Below the pieces are notes generated by a model, which was given only the letters and a program-made list of their open reading frames with translations, made no database searches and was not told the DNA's origin. A program made the position numbers and the translations under genes. Positions 37,478-49,864 of a DNA stretch of 64,000 nucleotides are shown here, piece by piece; the stretch's first letter is position 1, and each line of letters starts with the position of its first letter. Where the stretch lies: positions 1 to 64,000 of the forward strand of contig NMRA01000054.1 of the NCBI GenBank assembly GCA_002633005.1. The letters run 5' to 3'. This stretch comes from Phoronis australis (lineage: Eukaryota; Animalia; Phoronida).

Positions 37478-38788
37478 TCATTTAATGTTAGAAAAACCAA
37501 GTTGATGTTCATGAGAACCCACCAACAAAAGCTGTCCCTTTCTATCAATGGTTCTCCCATCGAGAATGTTGAAAAGTTTAAGTACTTGGGCCTTATTTTA
37601 ATGTAGATCCCAATCTTAAATTTAATATGCACATAGATTACATCACAAAGATTTTATCAAAGAAAAGCGGTGTACTTAAACTTCTATGCAAATTTCTTAA
37701 TGTCAGTACTCTTAAGACATTTTGCCATTCTATTATTCAGCCTCATATCGATNTTGCCTGTTTTTGAGGTACACTCTAGTGTCAAGTTTCTCATAATAAA
37801 CGGGAAAAAACACAGTTTTTGTGACTTTTTGAAAACCGAACCTTCAGCAAAAAAAATGCAGTATAACAACCTATGTGATGGTTAAATGCAACATGCAAAT
37901 TATGAGCTCCATCGGTGATACTGCATCCGCCAACATTTCAAGCATTTGCAGATTCTACCAAAAAGCCCGTCTTAAACTTCTATGCAAATTTCTTAATGTC
38001 AGTACTCTTAAGACATTTTGCCATTCTATTATTCAGCCTCATATCGATTATTGTTTACTGGTTTGGGGGCATATTGGTGACACATCTGTCAGCAAAGTCC
38101 AAGTAATCCAAAATAGAGCCGCCAGGACTATCCTGGTACTAGAATTAGGGAAACCAGGGTAGATGACTTGTATTCCAAGCTGGGATTTGTATAAGTAAAA
38201 CAAAGAAATAAATATCTCTCTGCCTGTTGTATGTACAGATGCATCAATGGCTTGGCTCGGGCATATCTCGGCCGAAAATTCAATAGAAGTAAAGCTGTAT
38301 ATTCTACACGTGCTTCTGTTGCTGGAAATGTTTCTTTAAAAACAAATAAAACCGAGACCGGCAAGAGATCTTTTATCTATGCTGCTGCTACAATATGGAA
38401 TTCTCTTAGCCCAGAAATTAAACGGTCGAATTCAATAAATGCTTATAAACTTAAAAAGTGGCTGTAATGTACCGAACCTTTTTATACCCTGCCTGTTTTA
38501 ATCATGTCATTTTTACTCATTGTCATAAAGACTCTCACTGTTAAGAGTCATCTCTTTATTTATTTCATCTTTCATAGGTAAAATTTCACCATTCTTCGTC
38601 GTTCATTTATTGTTTAATTCTCAAACTGTTTTAACTGTATCTTTGTCACCTATATTTAATTGCTGTTTCATTGCTTCATTGTATTATATTACTGTTTTTT
38701 GTTGTTGAGGGCCCTCTTGGAAAGCATTGCTATCACTGAAGAGGTCACCCTCATTTTAAATATCACAATAAATAAACGAATAAATAAC
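37478..38788 (+). mobile_element. CR1/L2-group LINE 3' fragment(s) with 3' UTR and (AATA)n tail
   Basis: FNVRKTKLM, VEKFKYLG, IIQPHIDYCLLVWG, IQNRAARTI, GKRSFIYAAATIWNSL; tail AATAAATAAACGAATAAATAA; interrupted at N 37753. Confidence 0.92.
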
Positions 38789-39120
38789 AAGTCTACTTAT
38801 GTGGGGGGAGACAATCGTATTCGTACGCTCAAGTCAGATTAAAAAGACATGGCAGTCTGCAGTAATACCGGCCAATAATGGTTCAAACAAAAAATCGTTT
38901 AGAGGAAATTAACTGTCTAGGCCTACTCTGATGGCAAAGTGTAGGCGGCATTATGTTAACACGTGTCTCACGCGACAAGAAAATGACGTTAGAAACTCAA
39001 TTATGGTAGCACACATAGTATAATCACGAAGAACATATGTTAAGAGGTCTTTTCAGAGGAAGAAATGGTTCGCCCTTCTCTTCACAACGCATTTTTGGTT
39101 CGTCTTTCCTAAGAAGCTCT

Positions 39121-39950
39121 GGGGTCCGTTCCAAGAAAACTAACTGACTTAACTAAGTCCAATCTAAAACGCACGTAAATTTAAAGATAAAACTTAATTT
39201 CGCCTAAGCCCTCTCCAAGAAAGTGATTTTAAACTTAACTAAAATTTTTTACTTAAGTTTTGTCTTAGGTGTGACGTAATTTATCAGATGTGGAAGTTTC
39301 AAAATTAAGGGGTTGAGACAAATCTTAGACATAAGCCAAAAACGAACTTAAGTTTATTTTTTGACCGGGACCTGTTCTTTCCATTTGTCGTTCGTATCTG
39401 AAGGGTTGTCCTGTGCAATCCACATTCTGTGGATGTCCATAACTGTTGTAACTCATCAAAACTTTTAATGAATTTTTTCTTAAATGGCAACCAAATGAAT
39501 TCTACTCATTTAGCATGCGTTATTCAAAGTAATGAGAGGCCTGCGCAATGCTTTACAACACAGCAAATAATAACAAAATATTGCATGTACATATATAGTA
39601 AAAGAACTTTTTCCGTTACGCAGTTGCAGCAGTCTTTTGTTTTGTGAAGTTGCAACTTGTCTAAGGGTTTACGTTTTGAGAGACTTTCTGATTTGAAAAC
39701 TAATTTCAGAGGAAAGCATTTTTACCCCATACGCACTGGCCATGGGTCTCTGGCGCAAGTGTTTTGCTGCACAAATTGTTCACAGCTAAGTATTTTAACT
39801 AAAAAATCTAAGTAAAAAGGAGCAGTGCACATCTTTAAACGCGAAACAGTGCATTGAGGACAACATATCACCATGGAAATCACCTGGAAGAAGAAAAATA
39901 GCACGACACGACGGGGGTTCGATAGAGTTGTAATGTCCACCTCCAGCGTG
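39121..39950 (-). mobile_element. PIF/Harbinger-derived relic
   Basis: Terminus CTG|GGGTCCGTTCCAAGAAAAC resembles the MITE TIR at 55916. Minus-strand peptides FQVI...QCTVSR, EFIWLP and VDCT resemble decayed Harbinger transposase motifs. Far end not located. Confidence 0.5.
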
Positions 39951-42900
39951 GATCAAATTCGATGGAGGGTAACTCTTGTCAGTTGAACCTGGAACAAAAC
40001 CTCATTTGTGTGAACCATAATATACTGTTCCATACAGTCAGACAGTTATTGGGAGTTTGTGCTCGAGTAAAAAAAAACATTGGGAGTTCGAGTTCAGCTT
40101 GTCATCGTCCATTTTCCTTGTCTTTGAGTGATTTTCCTTACCTGGGCAGCTTGTTGGTTTTGCTGGGCACGTGGAGATGCTTTTCGGAAACAAACTTTGT
40201 CAAGCTGTGCAATAGCTCGGGCGGCTTTGGCCTCTGAAAGATGGAAAGTTATCAGTTTCATATTCAACCTTTTTGATAGATTTTTGATTCTGACTAAAAT
40301 ACTCTTGAGATGGAATACATTGTCTTTCTATTACTATATATTGAAAACAGTGTCTACTACACGTTAGCTTTGCATGTAATTTCACTGGAGAAGGGGAGCA
40401 AGATAGAGTCGAACCATGTTACCCTACCGCGACTTTTCTAAAATGCTCGTTGTAATCGAAGCTCGTCTTAGCAAAATCAACTTGTATACACCATTACAGT
40501 AAAAGGGTACACATAAGACGGAAAACAGGTAAAATATGAATTAAAAGCGGCAAGACGTCTTGTCCTTGAAGACTTCTTCATTGGGAAATTATTGTAAGCA
40601 ACGGGATACAACAAAATACCAACGTCAGAGTCACCACAGACACACTATAATACCGTGTCCATTCATATATTTCATAATTTTTACTAATAAGGTGTACTTT
40701 ATTTCTCTTCTTACGTACGAGTTTCTTTCCTTAAAAATGAATTTTAGTAGAAGTTCACCAGAAACACTATCTGCTCCCAAGAAGAGAAATGCGAAGAACG
40801 TAAGAATAATCTGCAAGGCTTGTGAGGGAGCAATACTACCTAGCCCAGTGGAACGGAAAAATTAACTAGTTTCCTTCCTAGGTGGTTGCGCTTCACTTAT
40901 GTACGAAGGTCCATATCCTTGAGCATGTCTTAGATGTAGTGTTTACTGAATATCCTTTGTCATTCCTCGTAGACAACTTGCTCTTGAATTGTTTATGTTA
41001 ATTTAATGGGTCATTATCAGTTCTAGGTCAAAAACACATTTTCGGGATTATTTTTGGATGGGATACACTTCTGCAACTGATTAACTTTAACCAGTGGTAT
41101 AAAACAACATTTCGTTTGTGTTTTCGATAATTTCTTGCAAATGTCAATCTTCGCTGAAGTCAAGACTGGTGTCATAACTGGTTTAATACTACGAGGTCAT
41201 TTGTGGAGTGGTGTTAAGCTCCGCCAGCAAACCCCCAGACTGCGGCCGCAGGGTGGTACATGTTTGATTCCTCGCTCAGGCTGATCTCAAAAATGATTTT
41301 CTCCTCCACAATGCCCCTTTAAGCCAGGCTATCCAAACCAAACAAATTAAAGTTAGAGTTGCTGACCTTACATGTACATAAACCAAACGCTGAATATGAT
41401 TACTGTGGCAGTAGGGTCGATTTATTAGGTAAGATAAAATATTATGCAAGTATGGATCGATCCCACAGGCAGAACACATGTGCCGAGGAAGAACAATGTT
41501 GTCCGATAGATCGATCTAATCAGGTCGTTCTGTTTACACCGTTAGGAGTTTATCGGTTTTGCAGCGTCTGATTTGTCACTTCCTAATAGCGACCTCTGTC
41601 GTTTGGATTATTCAATGAAAAGTTATATTGCACGGCTTGCCGCTCCACATCACTTCACAACGCAAACCATCGTACTGCATTTTAGGCAATTAGAGGACAG
41701 AAGTATCAATTCCGTATGACGCTTAGCTGAAAAGTATGTAAATTTCCTGAGTAATCAAACGCTGAACATGAATAACCTTTGCCCCCTTCATACTTCCCTT
41801 AATTCTGAAGTGCCGACCGTTGCATTTTTATTTTTAGTGGAACTGCATTATGAATTGATGTGCTGTAATGTTTTTTGTTTTCACAGTGCACTGAACAATT
41901 AATTTCCAAAGGAATTATGCACAGGTGAACTTCTCCTGAAGTGCCAAACGGTGTTACGCAAACATTTTCCATTGAAGAAAGGTGTTTGGCACTCCCATTC
42001 TCATAACATCATAGATCCGATAGGCGTGCTTCAGGCTTACAAAAATTATCTTTTAAATTTACTGATTGGGAGAAGAATGCTATTGATTTGACCGAATTTT
42101 AAAATGCATCGAAATTATTGAAACCTAAATTTCTTGCATTATCTGTTTCCATTGGCAAAATGATTCATGAACCACGGCTTTTACTTCAGACGCATATATC
42201 AGTCAATCAGAAGCAATCAATCATTGGCAAGTTGTGTCATCATTTTTTGCATGTTGAGATGTAAAGTTTTTCTTCAAATCCGTATTCATCTTTTGGTAAT
42301 TCTAAAAGGCATACGCGTAAGTGCCAAACCATGGGCTTTCGGCCCAGGAAGACTCACGGGAATCGAGGTATCCAACGTGTGGTTTAAGTAAGAAATTTAC
42401 AGAATTTTGCCGGATTGATGTGAATTCTAACGCATTCCAGGAGTAGCCAGCTGCGATTTTATTGTTTAGCTTGTTATTGAAAATAACCCAAGAAATCTTC
42501 GTTTACTGACTGTCAATACTTAGAGGCCCATAACCATTGCCAATACAACTTACAGATAATTTGAAAATCGCGTCTGACAGTTTAATACACGTAGTCTCGT
42601 GAAAACTGTAAATTCCATAAATACCTTACACCTATCAAATCTTCAAAAGAAATGGTATAATATTATGCTTGGGATTATTCGCGCGAAAATATCGATAATG
42701 TAATCATTATGACTCGAACCCCACGGTTATTGTTCACAGACAGTGGTTTTCTAGCTAGTTAATTCAAACTTTCCTTTTTTGACTTGAGTCAATGCAATTG
42801 TATGCTTTTAATTTCCCACATTTTCTTACTTTTTTGAGCCACATGTCCAGGTGTTTGGTTACTTTGGTTACAATTAAGTGTGGCTTTGTTGCGAAATTGG

Positions 42901-43899
42901 AAATTCTATCTACGTGTACTTTACTGCTTGAATATATTTGCTATTGATGCAGCTCCTGTAATGTTTCCCCTTGGTTGCTGCACTGTTCAAATACATTCAT
43001 GTTTTGTCCGATTTTTGTTATACTCGTCGAATCTGCGGGCAATTGCCCCCCTTCCACCACTCCCCGGCGGCCGTTAGTGAACGTTGGCGTTCACAACTTC
43101 AGGTTGGAAGAAGGGTTGTAAATGGCTACGCTTATTTACCTTCTGTAACAATTGATTTCGTTTTACATGTGCCTGATAATGAAACATGTTCTCACGAGAT
43201 ATACAGTAGGTGCTATTTTAATTTATTTGTTTGCCATGTCTAATTAGCAATTCGCTACGTAGCTGTACAGCTGATGATCGAACACTATGCAAACAGTACG
43301 AGCGCGTGTTTGTGAATCAGAAGGTACAGTCGTGTTTTAACCAAGTTTGTGGTTACAATCATATAGTGTATAAATTTCGGCAGTTTTCATACATTGTACA
43401 ATAACCGCGATATTGCGTTCAACAGTAAGACTATATTGGAGACAATAAGTTTTAGCGAACAGTGTCTTGTTCGTCTGGTCACGTACTCCGTGTGCCACAC
43501 TCTCAGACAATGACGTCATAAGGGCGATGGCCGCTTCAAAAGTATAAGCGGAAAAATTCGTCTATAATTATCCAAGGTCTTGCATCTGCTTTCTTAACGG
43601 AAAGAGACACGTTATTTAGATAGTTAAGGTTTTCTTAAGAATTCATACATTTTTCGTTTTAAAATATACAGTATTTAAAGCGGCAATAAACCCGGCACAA
43701 AAACAACAATGGGTTTAAACTACTTATCTTTACAAAATTCAGGATGTCAAATTGTCTCTACATCAAACTAGAGAAAATTGTGTGGCTTCGTAAGAATCGA
43801 GTGTTAGTTAATTGCTTGAGGTCTGGGCTTGCCGCGGAGTGTCATTTTATACGCCTATTCTATAAAGAAATAAAGAACTGATAGTTATGCGGCCAATCC

Positions 43900-44500
43900 A
43901 GAAATCACGTGTCTGATCTCAATAACGAGGAACAAGTGTTCTGATTTGTGTGCCTGAACCTGCTATCCCGGCATCTTACGGATGCTGCAAGATGAGTATA
44001 CGCAATTGGGTACCAGCTCGGTGGGCATCATTTAACTCCTGCAGAGAGACCAAGGAGAATTTTTCGAACGTGATCAAACCAAAAAGTTCAAAACACCTTC
44101 TGAGTCTAGATAGATTGGGCATAAGACACGTCATTCAAATTTTGACGGGCCACTGTAACCTAGCCCGACACAGACGCATTACTGGGCATATGGGAGCCCA
44201 GTGTGTCCCGAGTGTGGTACTGACGTTGAAACCCCTAAACACCTTATAGGGTCTTGCCCAGGCTTTATAGGCAACGGAGCAACCTACTGGATGGCACTGT
44301 TACATGCCTACAACATGTAGTGCATGGCAAAAAAGAGAAAAGTCTGTCCGTTTTCTTAAAGGAGACGGGTAGACTTGAAAACTTCCTTCACGGAGGACCA
44401 TAATGGGGCCTCGTGCATTAGTTCAGGTGTTTTGTCCAATGGGCCCAACCATGAGGCCTGCGCACGTCTGATGCACCGCAAATGACACCAGATCACCTGC
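43900..44500 (+). mobile_element. 3' fragment of a LOA/Lian-like (I-group) LINE
   Basis: PEPAIP...CRETK...ILTGHCNLARH and a frameshifted CPECGTDVETPKHLIGSC (CCHC finger). Confidence 0.8.
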
Positions 44501-46474
44501 ACTGTTTATTTTTTTCAATAACGATCAAGCTGAAACCAATTTTATGACGCTTCTTGACTCATTTAAGACGTAGCGTGGGTTTTGCAGCTTAAGCTTTGCC
44601 ATTCTCTTGCGCTTCCATTTGATAACGGAACCTTTTCTTTACGGGTGCGTCTTCCGTAAAGACGTATCCACTGAATACAGCAAGATGTATTTAATACCAG
44701 ACTTTTTGAGAACCCAGTGTATACTATAATGGTTGTGGACAAGTGAAAAGGTAACTTCTGGAAAACGTCGTTACCACTGTAATCAAGTGCCAGAGAAAAA
44801 AAAAACAACTTGTCAAATACACTGACGCCACGATCATGTCAGCGGATTCCTTGTAGAGAAAGAGTGTATTCTGTCACGCACTGTGTTATCGTATTCCTGT
44901 GGATTGAAAAAAACGACATGAAAACGCTGCATGTAGGTAAAAAACGTAACTAAACAATATTTACGTCTTCGAAATGACACCACAGACCTGTGGACACAGC
45001 CTTAGTTTGTATTGTTTACCAATATACACTTATAAGTTTCATGGAAGTAAAATACACTATGAGCTGGATACTTGCATTGGCACCACACAGTCGCGAACTA
45101 ACGTTGCTGTAATTGAACAACAACGCCATGCTACGATCATTCAGCACTTTAAATAATTAATCAAGCAATCGACTGAAATCATTTGGAAGTATCGATACTT
45201 TTCATATGTTAAACAAGGGAAGTTTTTTCATTGCTACAACAAAAACAACAATCACTGCTGCAAACAACACACCATGGTAAAACACAGATGTTCTCTTATC
45301 GCCAGATTCAAGAACATATTGCTACTGTTTTGAGTTCCTTATATTTTTGTATAATTTAACTGCAAATACTCATAGACACGTTTTAGGTTGACATTGGGCT
45401 TTGAATTCCATTTGCGATCAGCAGTTTCTACGATTATTTGAGATTAATTGCAAGATAAATATTAGTAACAACAGTAATAATGAGAATCCAAGAATTTAAG
45501 GATTCACATAATGTTCACTTAGTCAGTGACTCTCGCATAATTTAGAATAACCCTAAAAAAGCCTTCTAATATCCAAGACAGCATACGTGGCATAAATCAG
45601 CCACCGTGTCTGTATAACACCAGCCTCTACATAGTGTCAACATCCAAGACGTAAAATGATATTAAAAGTTTTTGTATCCTTGTAAAACGTGTACCCTTGT
45701 AAAACATCACGCAATATCTGACAAAAGAATCGTTTACTTTTCAATGGTAATAAATGGGTGTGCTCCAACATTGAAAAAGTGTGTTGTCCTCCGGCCTGGC
45801 CATGTTGTAGGAGTGAGAGTATGGTGAGGTAAAAACAAATAATATTTTAGGGGCGACCTAACTGAAAGTACTTTAACTTTATCATGCTCAGATGCCATTC
45901 AAAGAGCGGATGTAAAATGACAGACTATATTACAATTACTTAATTCTGTTGAATATTTTTGATATCATTAAGCGGCAGTGGTAGCATTTTAAGGTCACCA
46001 AAACTTTCATTCCAGGTCAACTTGGAAGGATGGTGACGCAAAAGTTATTTTCAACGGTCCCAGCAGCTCAAATATTGATTGCATGATTAAAGACGATTTC
46101 GTCACAACAGGGAATACTTTTACAAGACGAACCAGAATGTCCAGAATGTCAAATTATCCAGACTTTGTAAATATTCATATTCGAGTTTCATTCATGAACT
46201 ATACTTTGTTTATTCGAAAACATTTATTGGTTTTTAATACACCACAGTCTTCTCAGCGGATTGTGTTTTAAATGCTCTTTTAAAAGGTGGCTAGAAAGCA
46301 TACAAAACTATTAATGCCATGTTTCGAAGATTCATGTTTTCCATAGTTACCAAAAAAGTTATCACGGCAAAGGGTCATGTCGCAGTCGACATATGCCGGC
46401 AGGCTGATATCAGATGCTGTTGAGCTGTGTTTAAAACAATGAGCTAAATTAAGAAGTTTCTCGTCTCTCGGGTG

Positions 46475-46482
46475 TATAAAAA
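46475..46482 (+). promoter_or_regulatory. TATA box of the globin gene
   Basis: TATAAAAA 60 bp upstream of the ATG, which lies in a CCACCAAAATG context. Confidence 0.7.
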
Positions 46483-46534
46483 CCGGACAGGAGAAGGAGT
46501 TCTCCACTTTTGGTCTACACAGGAAGCCACCAAA

Positions 46535-46632
46535 ATGCCTCTCTTCAACGCCGCCGAACGCCGTTTGTGCATGGACGCTTGGGCCAGCATGCCGGGTAAC
46601 CTGAAGGAAAACGGTACACTGATGTTCAAAAG
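46535..46632 (+). CDS. Globin exon 1 (intracellular single-domain globin, 146 aa)
   Basis: MPLFNAAERRLCMDAW...GTLMFK(R); Trp A12; phase-2 donor AG|GTAATT at B12.2. Confidence 0.93.
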
Positions 46633-46995
46633 GTAATTCTATGAATTTGGTGGACGACACCTTTTCTAAAACGCGTCTTTTTGGATATGAGGTTAAGCTG
46701 TGTTGCTAGGGTAAGCCAAATTCAGTACAAATACATGTTTGCTGTTTTCACGAAAAATCCGGGAAAATGATTAGTAGCAGAAGAAAATTAGAGCAACGTT
46801 TTTACCTACAACGGTGGGTGGAAAAGTTGTGTTCCCTCAAGTGCTTTTTCATAACTACTACAGGATTATAGTTGTTGGCTTGCACAAACATTTTGCGTGG
46901 AAAAAACAAAAAGATAAAGCAAAAGAGCTGGAATGAATTGATTGATCGGGAACTAAAATTTGGATTTTCAGCTTGTTTTTGTTGACTCATTACAG

Positions 46996-47218
46996 GATGT
47001 TCGAGGTGTATCCCGAGATGGCAGAGCTCTTCACGTTTCATGAAGGCAAGGGAAAAATCATGGACAACCCGCAGATGATGCCCCATGTGATGAGGATCAT
47101 GAGGAAGCTGGATATCACCATTACCCAGCTCGACACCCCAGCCATCATGGCGGCCGATCTGAAGATGTTGGGCTCCCGCCACCCCGGCTACAATGTCAAC
47201 CCTAACAAACACGTCCAG
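46996..47218 (+). CDS. Globin exon 2 (223 bp, heme-binding)
   Basis: YPE (Pro C2), Phe CD1, His E7 (PHVMRI), His F8 (LGSRH); phase-0 donor CAG|GTAAAC at G7.0. Confidence 0.96.
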
Positions 47219-48918
47219 GTAAACAAATATGTACACAATATCTAATATGTTTTTGCTCAATGACATTCGTGAATGTCGAAGTTATACATCACTCTTTCAA
47301 CCAAACTCTCAGAAAAAATTAATCTTAAACATCCTATGTTTGGTACTCTTTTCTTTGAAAAAATCTTGTAGAAAGAGCATCATTTTGACTCAACTGATTT
47401 TCAACGAAATTTGCCATACATTTTCTTTAGTGAATATGAAGCGTAAATAATCTTTGTACCAATTTTGTCGTTGCGCCATAATTTGGACTTTAAACATCAT
47501 GCTTATATGATACACAAAATTAATCTCACCTCGAGATTCTATCACCAAAATACTAAATTGAACAAACTTATTAAGTCTTAGAGTGGCTGCTCATTATCGC
47601 TAACTTGATTTTTGTTGAAATGCTTTTAATGCACAGCAGTTTGATAGAAAATGTTAAATATTAGTGTTTTTACGTTTTGAAGCAATTTTCATGCCTCCAC
47701 ATGTATGCATTTAATTTTGACATATTATGCTGTGGTCCACGACCGACCTTTCGGCGTCCGTCCTGCGTTCATCCGTGAAATTTTACATACATGTTTCTAT
47801 CATAGATGGAACGGCACGAGCAAATTTTTTGGACGGATTCGATTCAAGTGAATGATACATGTTAGCCTCTATATCTCTATATCGATTTCTTGGATGGATC
47901 TTCTTGGCATTCGTCAAAACGGTTTCTTTTATAAAAAATGACGACAAGAACGAATTCTTCGTAATCTGGGTTCCCTAGTAGCCATTTTACTATTTTTCGT
48001 GTGCAAAATTGCTCAAAGGATAATTACCAAATTTTACAGATGTAGTTTTATCGAGATTGATCAGGACTGAGGTAGATTTCAGGACAGGGCTAACTACTGT
48101 GACGCCAAGTAGTGGTTGTGCCTCCCTATCTATCAATTTTCTTGATGGGTGCTTCTGAAATTTGATACAAACTCTGTTTTAGTCTAGGAGAGTACACCTG
48201 CCGGGTCGAGTATGACTTCTGTGGTGTCAATTAGTGGCAATATAGATAATCGTAGTTTTCTGATGTATGCTCACGAGATTTGGCAAATAATTTTCCACAA
48301 AGAAAACGCAGCACTTGTCCAGGCAGAATTATCCTTACGCTGCACCCCTTGGTATCCCTTTTCTTTAACGTATTGGATCGTACCAATAAACACTCCTGTT
48401 TGCAGTAAAGTAGACACATTTTAAAGCTTTGCGTTGTTCTTGGATAAGATTCCTATTTACATCATTTCTATCTTTTGCCAAACACACTCCTGAACAAGGA
48501 TTCTGAAGTGGCGCATAATATACATTAGATTGGAGTAGTACATATTTATACAAAGTTAAGTGTTAGGGAGCGGTGCAAGTAAGGGCAATGGTAGAACTAT
48601 ATGAAGGAGGGATATTTTGAAGTAATCCAGAAAGGCAGGGTAAGAAAATGAGATGGGGAAATAGTACTCCTCTAACCTGGCTGTATTCATTTAACAAATT
48701 CTCAATTATCAGGTAGTAAATAGTTGAAAAAGAATTTTGTAGACTTCTTCATTTTTGTGAGTTTATAGTTTTTCACCCTTGATACACTGCAGTCACAAAT
48801 TATAAATTAAAACATAAACAGATCGACTGTTAGATGCATGGTGCGGCGCTCACTGTTTGTTGAAATTCATAACCTTATAGTTTGTTGTTTTGTTTATGAG
48901 TAATTGAATGTATCACTT

Positions 48919-49156
48919 AGTGGCAGATCTATGTTTTCAGTAAGGGGGGAGCTTAGAATTCGAGTGAATCCGATGTGTGTAGCGTGTAGCGCCGAACGGA
49001 AGGGAGGTCGGGAGAGGGTTCCCCCCTCCCGTTTAACATTTTTTGTGGTTTTTAGTAGCTGATTTCATTTTTCTGGCGAATTTTTTAAAATTTTTATTTT
49101 TCATCCTGTCCCGAGGGGGGTTGAACCCCCTGAACCCCCCTGTAGGTCCGCCTCTG
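48919..49156. mobile_element. (C/T)AGTGGC-type MITE in globin intron 2
   Basis: TAGTGGCAGATCTA ... TAGGTCCGCCTCTG imperfect TIRs and G/C runs. Confidence 0.55.
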
Positions 49157-49298
49157 TTACTACAGACTTATTTACCATCGAAACGTACTATTCATTTGTG
49201 GCAAGTGAAATACTTTCGTAATGAAGAATAAAAATTACAACTCTTATGTTTACATTTGTGGACACAAAAGTCTTATACAATATTGTTTATGTTTTCAG

Positions 49299-49418
49299 CC
49301 CATGAAGGAAGCCTTCCTTTTCATGGTGAAGAGTCGTCTTGGAGACAAGTTCACCTCACAGGTGGAAAGTGCTATGACCAAGGCATTTGATGAAATCACC
49401 AACATCATGCTTCGTTAA
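49299..49418 (+). CDS. Globin exon 3
   Basis: Acceptor TTTTCAG; PMKEAFLFMVKSRLGDKFTSQVESAMTKAFDEITNIMLR-TAA (G/H helices). Confidence 0.94.
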   Translation, partial: PMKEAFLFMVKSRLGDKFTSQVESAMTKAFDEITNIMLR

Positions 49419-49511
49419 ATGTCAATGATGTTTTATTCGACCTGGACACGCTTACTTGTCTTGCACTATTGTTAATATTCGTTGAAGTTCGTTTGGATCA
49501 TCGATGAACTC

Positions 49512-49517
49512 AATAAA
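49512..49517 (+). terminator. Polyadenylation signal of the globin gene
   Basis: AATAAA 94 bp after the stop, followed by a GT-rich tract. Confidence 0.65.
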
Positions 49518-49724
49518 TGCTTCACGTTACGTCTGTTGCTTTGTTTTACTCACGCTTGGTTGGTAGCCTAATATTGCTGTTGTTTAAATGAAAACGGCTA
49601 TATCATATAAAGTCATTGAATATCTATAGGTATATTGTCTTAATATTTCGAATGGCCTGCGGTCATCATACATATGAGGGAAATTTCTCTCCATACTCTT
49701 TCAAGAACTGTACTGTGGCACCTG

Positions 49725-49864
49725 GGTAGAGTTCAATAGCTCTCTCGCAACGAGAAAAATCTAGCCAAAGTCACGTGATTTCATTGAAAATGTTCTGCAA
49801 TATCTCAAGAAATCTCGCGACATTTTACTTTTCCAGCGTGGTATTATCGTTATTGAACTCTACC
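49725..49864. mobile_element. 140-bp Harbinger-type MITE
   Basis: Perfect 14-bp TIR GGTAGAGTTCAATA / TATTGAACTCTACC; 3-bp TSD CTG. Confidence 0.85.

Noticed and set aside
46802-47266. 154-aa minus-strand ORF
   Set aside because: Antisense shadow of globin exon 2.
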